Source: Hyphochytrium catenoides (Eukaryota; Protista; Hyphochytriomycota). From it: a DNA stretch of 64,000 nt. This document shows positions 1 to 11,464 of this stretch, piece by piece. Numbering within the stretch: position 1 is the stretch's first letter; each line of letters starts with the position of its first letter. Location of the stretch: contig FLMG01001010.1 of NCBI GenBank assembly GCA_900088475.1, forward strand, positions 186,001 to 250,000, read 5' to 3'. The notes under the pieces are model-generated. The model saw nothing but the letters and a program-made list of their open reading frames with translations. It searched no databases and was not told the DNA's origin. Made by a program: the position numbers and the translations under genes.

Positions 1-208
1 TATTCTAGGAGCTCATTGAGCCCGCTTTGCTACCTTAGGAACGACTTTATAGAGGGAGGTAGAGGATGATCTTGCTGCAAAGCCGCCTTAGCTAAGATTG
101 TTTGGAACACGGAAATTCTGCCAACTCTGGGGCCCTATTTACTGAAGGCACCTCTTGCACTCTAGAGCATCAGGAGCTGTACGGGCCTTTTGGCTGCGGC
201 GTAGGGAG

Positions 209-2841
209 ATGAGCGATCTCTATTTACGCGGTGAGTCTGTCATACGCAATGCCCTTTGATATCTCGTCGTCTCGTGCTAACTCTTTTGCTTAATTGAACT
301 TCTGATTGACGGGCCCCGTTAGGTCGGACTTTGTCTGACGGCCGCCATACCACAGCCAGCAGCTATTACGGCTACAGCAATGACGAAAGGCAAGATCAGG
401 AGGGCAATGGCAGCTATGTGGCTACAAATCGTCATACCGAGCGGCCGCCAAACTACACCCAACAATATGACAACAGAGGCTCGGTCCAGCTTCAAAAAGA
501 ACGCTCTTCTCATACATCTTTGGCCGAGGACTATCAGAGGCGCATGCAGGACATCAGGGACAGTGGTAGGAACAATTGGCAGCATGGGAATTCGGCCACA
601 GGTTATTCCCCAGATCGACGGGACTCTGCCTATCGGCCATCCTACAATGAAGCTATGGGAAAAGGGTACGCCGCGAATGTACAGCAGTTAGAAGCACCCA
701 TGAGCCGTGTAACTCTCGGGCAGAATCCAAGCCAATATCAGCCCTCTATGCAACAAGGGAGAGATTGGACCACAGCTTCAGGATCAGGACAACCGCCTGC
801 CTATGCACCCCCTTATGCCTTATCCACTGTGCGTCCCTCCACAGGAGGCGGAGAGGGCTGGATCCAGCCCAAAGGCACGGCAAGCATGGTCAAGAAACAA
901 TACAAGGAGGTCTCAATAGATAGTCAAGACGATCGTAATAGTGACGGCAGCGAAATTGACGTTGATGAAGAGATAGAAAGGAGAACTTTCGCCGGTGGAA
1001 GACCCCCTGTAGCTTCGCGCTCTACTCTCGGAGGCGGGCAATTAGACTCTCAAGGGTCGGGTTCTCCTTCTTCCAGCGTGATGCGATACACGGACACGGT
1101 CCTTCGCCCTACAAATGGTTTAACTGGGGACGCTCGGCGAAGTGAGATGGAGACATCTCAAAAGTCGTACGTCAGTAAGTATATGACGGAGTTCTCGGAG
1201 TCAGACCCTCCGCAGCAGCCCTCCACCTATAGTAGGTACCCGTCTCAGCCTTCCTCTAGGTCATCGGAGCCAAGAGAAGACTCACAGCAGTACTTGATCT
1301 CATCACGGCCGTTGGGGTCTCCCTCTGGTGGGCTAGAAAAGCACGCGAAGCACGGATCCACCTTGAGAAAGGTAGGACAATTGGATATTCCACTGGTTCC
1401 AGACTTGAAGTCCCTGCGCAATCAGCCCAACGCATCGACCTCTTTTGCTCAAGGGGGTTCTAGCCAACCTCCGCCATCACATAGAAGAACGTTGACTACC
1501 CAAGAGATTATAGCGGCAGGAGGGCTAAGCGGTCGACCCACGGTTGGTGCTGACACTACTACTATGACGTGGGGATTTGCAGGTACATTTCCTGTCCGTG
1601 AGGGCGAGAACTATCAGCAATCCGCTCCGTATGTCCCTGGCCCAGGCATGTATCCATCCTCGGAGGGCACAAGAGGCAGTCCATCGCGTCGCTCTGGAAT
1701 GGGATACAAAGAACCTGGGGCTGTGCCTGCGGGCAGCTCCCCCGCATCCCCACCTCGTCAAAGCGCTTCCACTCCCTCTAACAATAAGGTGAAACGAGAG
1801 TCCTCAGGAGATAACAGGTATCGGGCACCGTCCTCCTCAATTCTCTCAGTGCCTCGCCAACCGGGACAGGAGTACGAGATCATTTGGAACGGAGGACCTC
1901 TGGGCCTCAAGCTGCGCTCTGACGGGAGCAGCAAAAGTATACCGGTAATCAGCGCCGTTACTGGGAATGGTACTGCCGTAGGGATTCATAATGCAGCCCC
2001 TGGAGACATTCTTGTAAGCATCAACGGCCAGCCGTTTGACACAGAGTACGATGAGACAATCAAGTACATTATGTCAATAGATGGAGCTGTACGGCTGCGT
2101 TTCCAGGTAGTTCCTGATGAATGGGAGAGACGAGGAAGTGTGCTTGGTCCCCTTCCGCAGTTAGAGGCAATGGTGAGCACTGTGGAGTCTTTGGCTAGGC
2201 GGGGCGGCATCACCCCATATTACCTAATATGGAGAGGAGGACGTCTAGGAATCACTCTGAGGAAGGATGCAAATATGGGCAACCTAACAAGAATCTCTAG
2301 AATCAATCCGCAAATGAACCCCAACGTCGAAGGCTATGAGAAGACAACAACGGGGGATGTTCTTTGTGCTGTTAATGGTCAAGACACACTAAAGATGAGC
2401 TTTCGAGAGATCATTTCTCTCATCAAACGCTCGGAAATGCCAATGGTGCTACGCTTCTTAAGGGTAAAGCCCGAAGGAAGAAAGCGCGCTTCTTCTAAGC
2501 ACGTAGACATGGGCGACTTGAATGAGTATATTGTGGTGTGGAACGGTGCACCGCTGGGGATTTCCTTGGCGACAGGCAAGGTTGAGAACTCGCCACCTTT
2601 CATTCATGAGATAACCAACCCCAACGCGGCGCCAGGTCTCTCCTATGCCCAGCCGGGAGATGAGCTGATTACTATTGATGGAATCAACACGTCAGAGCTA
2701 GGCTATGAGAAGACTATAGAGCTGTTGAAGCAGGTGAGAGAAGACACTGTGCTGGTGTTTAGAAGAGACAATTCCGGTCCGAGAGGCAAGCCAGGCACGT
2801 TAAGGCATGTGGTCGGATCTCTTTTCCAGTCGCAGTCATAA
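209..2841 (+). CDS. Multi-PDZ domain protein (long disordered N-terminal region followed by 3 PDZ domains)
   Basis: Exon 209-230 (MSDLYLR), then an intron 231-322 (GTGAGT..GCTAAC..TAG) that joins in frame to ORF 331-2841. Three PDZ-like repeats: EYEIIWNGGPLGLKL..GDILVSING, YYLIWRGGRLGITL..GDVLCAVNG and EYIVVWNGAPLGISL..GDELITIDG. Confidence 0.85.
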
Positions 2842-3101
2842 TACCCTTCTCTATCTGTGCATCCTGCCTGAGTAGTCTGTAAATAAGTCAGTGCGGTGGG
2901 CCCACCTATATAAACGCTTCTGTAACAGAGAACAAACCTCTCATTCACTTTGGTTACGGTTAAAAGTTACGATGTGGGGTCTCGTTGAGAGATTGAGACA
3001 GATGTAGATAAGATCCGGTCTACTTCCTGCTCTCCTTGCCTGATTCCTCTCCCATGGTGCGAGAAGAGGAATAGTTACATATGAAATGCTGTCTCATCCC
3101 C

Positions 3102-3926
3102 TTACTTTTTGGCAGCTGCAAGTCTCTCCGCTACATTTTGCCAGTTGACAACATTCCAGATCTCCTTCAAATAATCAGGACGGACGTTCTTATACTGAAG
3201 GTAATAGGCGTGCTCCCAGACATCGACACCCAACAGTGGTACCAGGCCAACCTTTGCCAGTGGATCCTGGTTAGGCAGTGCTTGGTAGACCAGGCGCTGC
3301 TTGACCTTGTCATACCCTAGCCAACCCCATCCAGAGCCTTGAACGGCGGCCGTCTGAGTGTTGAAGAAGGTCTTGAACTTATCAAAAGAACCCCTTCAGA
3401 AACGGGAGGAGGTTAATACACCGTTGCGTGATGAGCCGAAGCAAGTACCTACCACTCCTTCTTGATCATCTCAGCCAGTTCGCCAGTAGGCTCGCCACCA
3501 CCTCCTTCCTTGGGAGGTGCCAGGTTCGTCCAGAAGATGGAGTGGTTGATATGTCCGCCCCCGTTAAAGTTCAATGCTCCCTGAAGTGCAATTTTGGCTG
3601 CTAAGTCGCCCTTCTCCTCTGCATCGATCTCCTTCTCTCTGGCGACATTATAGTTCGTAACGTAGGCTTGGTGGTGCTTCTTGTGATGAAGCTCCATGAT
3701 CTGACCGCTGATATATGGCTCAAGAGCGCCATAGTCATAAGGCATGTCTGGGAGCTGGGCTGGCTTGGAGCTCATGCTCCTAGCTGCCAAGTTCTACATC
3801 ACATCACATGGGAAAAGAGGCATCAGGACGGAGACTTCAAAACGAGAACATATTATCTCATAATGTAGTTGGCCTCACCCCAATGGGAAGCCTTTTCCAA
3901 GACTGAACTGCACGCTGGAGACTCAT
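3102..3926 (-). CDS. SOD2: Mitochondrial manganese superoxide dismutase
   Basis: Three exons (3926-3879, 3793-3453, about 3394-3102). Motifs [46 protein letters not shown] and DVWEHAYY. Basic presequence [16 protein letters not shown]. Confidence 0.97.
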
Positions 3927-4410
3927 ATTGTCGTGGTCGTTATAAGAAAACTTTACGCAGGGATAAAGATGCTTTTGCCGTTGATCTCTAGATCTGCAGT
4001 CAGAAAAGCCAATGAATGACCCACTGACTTCCGCCCATCGCAGAGGCTTCGCGAAGGATCTGTCCGGACATCAGACATCAGAAAGATCTTTTGTCCCTCC
4101 ATCACCTTTCAGCTGTGTTCTCTGCTGTATTGCACTGTCCCATAACAGGGCAGCAAGATCACCTTGTATTCGTAACGCAAATCGCCATATCCGGAACATA
4201 CCCATTTAAACCTCTCCGTATCCCAGAGACTTTTTTCTGCTTGTTCGTGTATCAAATCGTCAAAATCGTTTAGAGAGATCTGCAGTTTGATCCATGCGGC
4301 GGTAACTGGATGCGGCCAATCAGAAGCTTCATACATCGGAAGCTAAAGAGGAACATTCATTGCCTTTGGACGCCAGGGAAAGGAAGGCCCATCGGCAGCT
4401 TAGGGAAGCT

Positions 4411-7400
4411 ATGATCGAGCTCAGCTCTGAATGGCAGCAGCTGAGTGGTACATCGCGATAGCAAGGTTTCCTGGTCATAGAGCGTAACCTGACCAACTTC
4501 ACGTGGGTGCTAAACGGAGGAGAGGATCGTCTCTGGCCTTAGACAGATGCTACTATAAGAAGGCCCATTGCGATGTAGGAAGGGCCCAGGCAACAACCCG
4601 ACCGATGTAGAAAGCAGGAGCTTCTCCATAGCTGTGGACTTCCTCGTGACGTCTCTTAGTTCGACTGCTACTGTCGGCATGTGAGGGTCACCCTACGTAG
4701 AAGGGGAGGGACTTACGGAGACTAAAGCACCTAGGGTTCATTGTCCTACGGAGAATCGTCTCATACTCTGCATACCAAGGTGACCATGGGCCACAGCGGT
4801 GACGAGCAGCTTGTATTCAGCAGCCCATTGGGGAGCTATGCGGAAGAGAAAGGCGAGGTAGAGCTTGTTATGACTCCTTTCCATGGACTTGCCGGCGAGG
4901 AGCCTGCAGGCATCATCATTCAGCCAGTGCTTGACATGTCCCCTCAAGAGCCAATACCGCCAAAATCATCTGCTCGGGCTAGACCAGCTATTTCTCTTCA
5001 GTGTGCAGACAGCCAGGACTCAACTGAAGTTCTAGACTCTCTGACAGTTTCTGGGAAGTCTCAAACTTCAATTTTTCATAGCGATATTCCCGTGGAACTC
5101 TGGTCTCTCGAAGTTAGGCTGCTAGTAGTCGCCTTGGCTACCATAGTACTATTATTTATGTTGACAGGCTGGTGGCTGCGCACCAAACAAAGGCGTACGA
5201 TGATGAGGTGCAGAGAGTTAGTTCGGGAGATACTGACGTCGATGGGAAAGGAGCAGGCTCTAAGAGAGAAAGTGACGGTGAGTGGTCTTAAGTGCTTAAC
5301 TATTCTTTCATATGTACACTTGGTCCTGTCTTCTTGCTAGCTTACTTTTCACCTTATCTAGCCGTCTATGTGCCGGACATTTAGTTGACTCTGCGGCCTC
5401 TCCTTTTATAGCTTGCAGGTCTTCCTATCGCAATGGAAAGTGATTGCGTGAAGCTGCTGGAGGCGACAGAACTACTGTCGCAGATGAAAGCAACACGCAG
5501 CACATGTGAAAGGCTTCTTACACCTAAAACTGCCGGACAACCAGTAAGCCAATTGCTATGCATTACTAGGTCAGAGAGAGAGAGAGGGGGAGAGAGAGAG
5601 AGAAAAGAGAGAGAAAAGAGAGAGAGAGAGAGAGCCTCCTTCGCACTTTGCTTACTCGGCCTACCCTTCTTTCCTGATTGCTCCTATTCTGCCCCAACCC
5701 ACCCACGCAGTGTTCCCCGGACAGGGAGAGTGTTAAACACAATGGCAGAAGGCGCGCCAGCGCCCGCGAAGGTTCTGATTTGTTTACCTCTTCTCTTGAG
5801 ACTATAAGTGCTCTGATTATGAGGGGAAGACTCTTTCTCTCCGATATTGAGTCGCAGTCTTTCTACTCTTCCTCCGTGGCCCAGTTCCTTCCCGATTTTC
5901 AGAACCTGCATGGTGCAATCAAGGCAAATCTGGGCTCACTGGAGACTCTCCATGAAGGGGTATGCAAACTGGCATTATACTTAGCCTTTCACTCCATCTT
6001 CCCGCCGATGGCGCCTGAAGATCTTTCCTACTGTACCCTCTCATCTGATCCCGCATGTTCTTATTGTACCTCGCTCCTAGTTATTCCCCTGCTCTCCCTA
6101 TCCGACCCCTTGCTTCGACCGCCTACTTCTGTTGCTTTTGCCTTTTTCCGCAAAATCATGCCGCCAGTCCCGCTCGTATGTCATTCTATCGTGTTCCCCT
6201 TTAATTTCCATCATCGATTCAGGCCTGACATTTCTAACCGTGTAGATGGAAGAAGCATTAGCCGCCTCTCTGAGAGGTATTTCTGAGGCAGTTCGAGAGG
6301 AAGACGTTAATTCATTGGAGAACTCTGTCTCCACCTTGGAGAGTTTAGGACTTAAAGAGAGTGTGATCAAAACACTCGAGAACGGAGAGGAAGCAGTCTT
6401 TTTGACTGCTATTCAGGAGAAGATGAAAGAGAAGCTAGAGACCGAGCAAGTTCTCTCTCAAGCACTAGAAAAACCAGAGCGGCTAGATGTCGCACTTGAT
6501 GTTGCGTTCAAAAACGGTAAAATGGCTACGTGAGCGATCTCTCGATCCGGTTGTCTTCTGCCAGCCTTTATCTCTTGTCACTACTCTCCCCACCGTCGAC
6601 TTATTTTATCGGCATCTTCTATCGTCTCTGGGTGCTTGCTTCTTTTTGGGTGGGCCCGCTCAGGACTGCTCTAGCTCGGGCTGTAACCCCATACATTGTG
6701 CTCCTGTTCAATGAACAGGTTTTGGCCATCTGTCTGATGCGAGAGAAATAGAGACTCGATTGTGGAAGCAAGAGCTGGCAGAGGTGGAGACTGCTGACCT
6801 CTTTTCATCTGCCTCTTCTTAACCTCACAGAGGTCTTCACTTTGTGAAAGCCCCGTGGTCGCACTATCTCTTAGATTGCCATGTATACTCTACTCTACAC
6901 GCTAAAGTGGTTGGCTAACTTCTTTCTGGGGCCCTTTTTCACTTTACTGTGTATGGCCCGTCCGCCATCAAGGTGTATGGGTCTTTCTCCTGGAGTGCCT
7001 TCCTCCCTCTCATGTGTTGCAAAGCGTCAAACTGCTCATCCTCTGCGGCGCCACGCAAGGCTCCTGACTCTCACCCTGTTTAAATGCTAAAACAGCTTTT
7101 TCGTCAATGCATTCCCTCATGATTATTTATCGGACCCCTTTGCTGCAGACATCTCTACAAGAGAGAGACCTTGAAAATGATCTAAATCAGCTCAATTCAT
7201 CCATGCTGATGATAACAGACGCAAGCCAGGAGGCGACGGCGTTGCAGCTCTCTCCTAGCAAACCCAATCGTCCCATAACCGCAGGGTTGCAGGAGGTAGG
7301 GCTTATAAACCTCGGGACGCTAAGCTTCCTGAAGCTCTTTAGCTGTTATAACCTATCCTGCAAATTCTTGAGCTCTCCTACTTCCACAATCTCAGCCTCG

Positions 7401-9661
7401 GCTGGATTCTATGGTTCCTTTAGCTGGTCAAGCTCTCCTGCCTGGTGTCGTTGCTGCTCAGGCTGATATCATCTGTTTTACTGTTGCTATGTACAGGCCG
7501 AAGCATCTCCAAGTATGTCGATGAGAAGAGCAAGCTATCTTACCAAAGCGTGTCTAAGTTGGCACTAATTATATCTCGTCTCCTGTTCTTGCAGTGAGGC
7601 AACGCAGAGGAAGCTCGACACTATCTATTCCCACCGAAATGATAGAGGATCTCAGCCGTCTCGGTATCTCTAAGGAAGATGCAGCCAGAATGGTGCTGGA
7701 CAAGCTCGGCGATCACCAGATTGCCCTTATGAAACTGCAACACAAAGAATATTTGCAGCACAAGATGATAGTAGAGGTAGAATTATTAGAGCAAAGGGAA
7801 AGTCGGCGTCCTCAAGAAGAGAGGGATTATAGAGGAAGGGGAGTATTGAGGGTGAAGAAGAGCGGTTAGACCTCAGACGAAAGAAGTGTCTGGAGGCGGA
7901 TTGAATGGACAGGGGGAAACACTTGGGAAAGACGGTTCTTGCGAATGTTCTAGGGAAGCTAGGCTTTAGAAAAGTCAATATCGGGACGAAGACTTGTAAA
8001 GCGAGAAAATGGGCCGGAAGATTAGCACCAGCGGTTGTCCAATGCCAGTCACGACGGACAGAGAGACTTAGGGTATGGAAAGACAGCACAGCTTTTGATG
8101 CCTTTGAAGGGTTTCGGTGCTTCTATTTATGGGATTTTGAGCATACGATACTGCTACTGCCAGATGCGACGTCAGAAGCTTCTGGAGAGAAAACAAAAGC
8201 TACGAGACGACCACGAGGCACGAATGCTTCGGGCAAAGGAGCAAGAAGAAAAACACGCGCAAAGGAGGCTCAGGGACCAGCAGCTACTAGAGAAACGACT
8301 TGAGCTCATGATGATGGACTTCGGTGGGACTGTTGACCTGTTCAACCTCATTCTCCTATTTTCCCAATTTGGTACACTCTCTCTTCCCTATACCCTCGTT
8401 ATCGAGAGCTCACTTCCTCTTCCCTTTGAAAACGCTCTCCTTAATCTCACGTTCGACTTTCTTAGAGTTAAGAGCAAAAGCAAGCGAAGACAAAGCAAGA
8501 AAGAAAGAGGATAGGAGGTGAGCAGTCATGCTAAAGCTGTTTCTCAGTTTCGATGTGAGCAGCATGCTTATCGGTTTGTAGGAGAGCGGAGGCCCTAGAA
8601 AAACTCCAAAGGGAGGAAGAAAAGAGAGACTGGACATTCCTCTCTTTTATCAGCTACGCGGACGCCCTTGCCTTCGCTTGCGTGTTGCTCTTTCACATGT
8701 GGCGATCGATTCGACTCAACCACGTCTTGCGGGGATATTTCTCCTGTCATTCTACCTCTTCTTCATCGACATTCTGGCTCATGAAAGAGATGAATAAGTG
8801 AGTGCCTGCCCTTCCCGCTGTGTCTCTAACCCCTTTCTTCTTATTCCCGGTTTCCCTTGCTTTGCTAGCTTATGATGGTCCTCTACTGTCTTCGTCACTC
8901 TAGGAAGTTTGATCTACTTGTATGAAGGCCCACAATTTGCCACCCACGGAGCATGTCCCTAGCTTTCTAATTATAGCGTGGTCTCCTCTTTTAACTACTG
9001 TCCTAACTTACTCATTTTCCGCCGCCTGTATATCAGCCTCCTCTGCCTCGTACAGACGGGAGTTGTCGTGATGTTGTCGGTGCTCTGTGTCCTTAGTATG
9101 CATGCCTTTGCGTACTGGGTCATGGGGTCTAGGTCGTTCGCTGTGTGTGGTTTTGCCCTCCTGACCGGGCTTATGTATGGACTCAGGTAAATCCAAGATC
9201 TCTGTTACCTCAACGCTCTCTTCTCTTTGCGGCAAATGATCTTGCTCTCCACAGAGATCAGCTCGCCGATCTCTTGGCGCGGTGGTACTGGGGCTCAGTA
9301 CCTATCCTGGTTAATGGCGCGATATGGTTGATTCTTTGCTATGGTAGGTGCTGCGACAGATGTGAAGGACAAGGAAGAGGCTCCACTATCTCGTTTGATG
9401 GTCGCTCTTTTCTCAAGTAACCCCTGTTAGCCCGCTTAGTCCCTCTTGTTCTCCTCTCCTATCGTCCCGTTCTGTCCTCTCGGCGGCACGTGCAGCCTTA
9501 TTATTGACTGCGCTGTTCACGTTTTATCAGGCAGGCGGCGACGACACTTTCTGCTCCTTGGTGCCTATGCGTACCTGAGCTATGCACTGCTGTCAATACT
9601 GTCAATAGGGTTTGCGGTTCTAAGTGCCGTCATCGCGGTCTATCCTGTAGCTGCACAATAA
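4411..9661 (+). CDS. Hypothetical multi-exon membrane protein (Cys-rich N-terminus, one TM, coiled coil, C-terminal multi-TM bundle); start uncertain
   Basis: Phase-consistent exon chain 4411-4447, 4543-4574, 4660-4680, 4735-5277, 5412-5543, 5711-5959, 6246-6517 ... 8164-8323, about 8466-8517, 8654 onward, with a last exon ending in TAA at 9661. TM segment LLVVALATIVLLFMLTGWW, coiled coil MRRQKLLERKQKL.., and hydrophobic last exons. No family recognised, and this could be two genes. Confidence 0.55.
5573..5634. repeat. Intronic (GA)n microsatellite
   Basis: Imperfect AGAGAG run inside intron 5544-5710. Confidence 0.9.
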
Positions 9662-10404
9662 TGATAGCCATCACTCTGCAGACGGAAAGACTGTCATTCT
9701 CAAAACATAATATCAATGCCCTAGGAAAGCACAGTGATATGATATGAGAGTAGTGATGCCGGGCCTAAAGATAGAAAGGAGATCATGCGGAGGGCTAGGA
9801 CACTGGGCTGCGACATATAAATTTAAGATACGTGAAAGGATCTCGACAGTTCTTCACAGAAGCCTCGCCCTTGGCTTCTTGATTTGTCTAACCATCACTG
9901 TGCGTATAGCAACCACCCCTCCCACAGAGCAATTTCTAGCTCCTCCAAACCTTGGACAACTTCCTCTCCCTTCTTTCGTCTTCAATAGGTAAGTGCATCG
10001 TCTTAGCATCCTCACTTTGGCCTTGGTTTCTCTGCCCATTACTAAGCGTATAACAATCCCACCAGTCCCACGACAGCAGGGGCCTCTGCGCTGCGGTCTT
10101 CTCATCGCCTCAACTTCCACCGTCCTCTCCACCAGCTGCCACGCTTCTCCCTCACACACAGATACCCACCATACATTCCCTTCTGTCAAAGGGCCCACGG
10201 ACGGCGATCCTACCTTGCCGCACACTTCTTGTCCAGAAGCTCCTTCGAAGCTGTCAAACATCTCAAGAGAAGAAAGCGCCGGATTTCCATTATTTTCCAA
10301 TAATCTCCGTTGCTCTATTTGTGTGTTGTGCGATGTGCAGTATAGTGTGTGTGCTGATGGTGTCCTTGAAGTTCTGGGGGAGGTGTGAAAACAAGCACTA
10401 GGGG

Positions 10405-10410
10405 AAAAAA
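10405..10410 (-). terminator. RNA polymerase III poly-T terminator of tRNA-Gln
   Basis: TTTTTT on the minus strand, 3 nt downstream of the tRNA 3' end. Confidence 0.8.
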
Positions 10411-10413
10411 GAG

Positions 10414-10485
10414 AGGTCCTACCGGGATTTGAACCCGGATCGGCGGATTCAAAGTCCGCAGTGCTAACCCTTACACCATAGGACC
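10414..10485 (-). tRNA. trnQ-UUG: tRNA-Gln (anticodon UUG)
   Basis: Reverse complement is GGTCCTATGGTGTAAGGGTTAGCACTGCGGACTTTGAATCCGCCGATCCGGGTTCAAATCCCGGTAGGACCT. Acceptor stem GGTCCTA/TAGGACC, anticodon stem GCGGA/TCCGC with loop CTTTGAA, T-loop GTTCAAATC, no intron. Confidence 0.97.
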
Positions 10486-10767
10486 AGCTACTCAATCCAA
10501 AGGGCACAGCCTTTCCTTATAACCGGGAGAGCCAAAGCCTTGGTCGTTACAGGATGGACAAGAATGGTAGGATTTGTTACGGTGAATCTTTGGGACGTGC
10601 ATCATAGGCGTGTGGGGTTAGTGTTAATGTGCAGTAGTAGGGGGCGGCTTAGGATCAGAAACATCACGGGTGAAGAAGTAAAAACTTGGCGAGACCTAGC
10701 GGCGCGGCACTCAGATCACATCATCATCATCTTTCTCCTTTACCATCGCTAGACTTCTCCTCGTCCA

Positions 10768-10820
<53 letters not shown>

Positions 10821-10870
10821 CTCTCTCGCTCTCTCTCGCTCTCACTCTCTCTCTCTCTCTCGCTCTCTCT
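10768..10870. repeat. (CT)n microsatellite, about 100 bp, upstream of the kinesin gene
   Basis: Near-perfect TCTCTC run with occasional CG/CA/TT interruptions. Confidence 0.95.
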
Positions 10871-11464
10871 TGCGCTCTTCTCTTCTCCCCCCTTCCTTCT
10901 TCTCACTCCTAGCTGCGAGTGTCATGCTACCTCTCGCTGTCAGTCTTGTTCCTCATCATTATCTTGCTCTAATGTTATGTCACAGCCCTTTGCTGCCATT
11001 TTCTAGGGGTAATCCTGACCTCGTGGTCCCGTCTCCTGCTTCATCAACAGAGTTTCCTCTCCCTCTTGCTTCTTCCTCCAGCCCAACAATTTTCTGATCT
11101 TGTACCCTCTCGTCTTAATGCTGGCGGTTCCTTCACTTTCCTTGACAACAGCTTTTCGTCCTCTTCAAGCTAGATTCTCTCCCGATCCCTTTCTTCTTTT
11201 CTCAGAGACATCTTTCCTTTCAATGCCGTGATAGGAAGAGCTCGACACCGTTTGTCCCTTGTCTGGAATCAGAGCTACAATCATTCTCCTACTTCTTGGG
11301 CCAGCTCAGTGCAGAGTCAAGGACAAGGATCTCCTTACAGAGAGCTTGCCGACGAGCATCAGTTAAAAGGAAGATAGGATTGAAGGGCCTGTCTCTTCCT
11401 TTCGTTCCATTCTTCTCAAGTCTCTCTTTCTTCTTTTTCTTCGTCCCGCTAAGGGAAAGGCACG

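Noticed and set aside
9854-10507. 217-aa minus-strand ORF
   Set aside because: It reads through the tRNA-Gln gene and low-complexity DNA, and has no protein-like features.
10686-11006. ORFs with SLSLSL or ERERER runs (also near 5570, 44700 and 48760)
   Set aside because: These are translations of CT/GA microsatellites.
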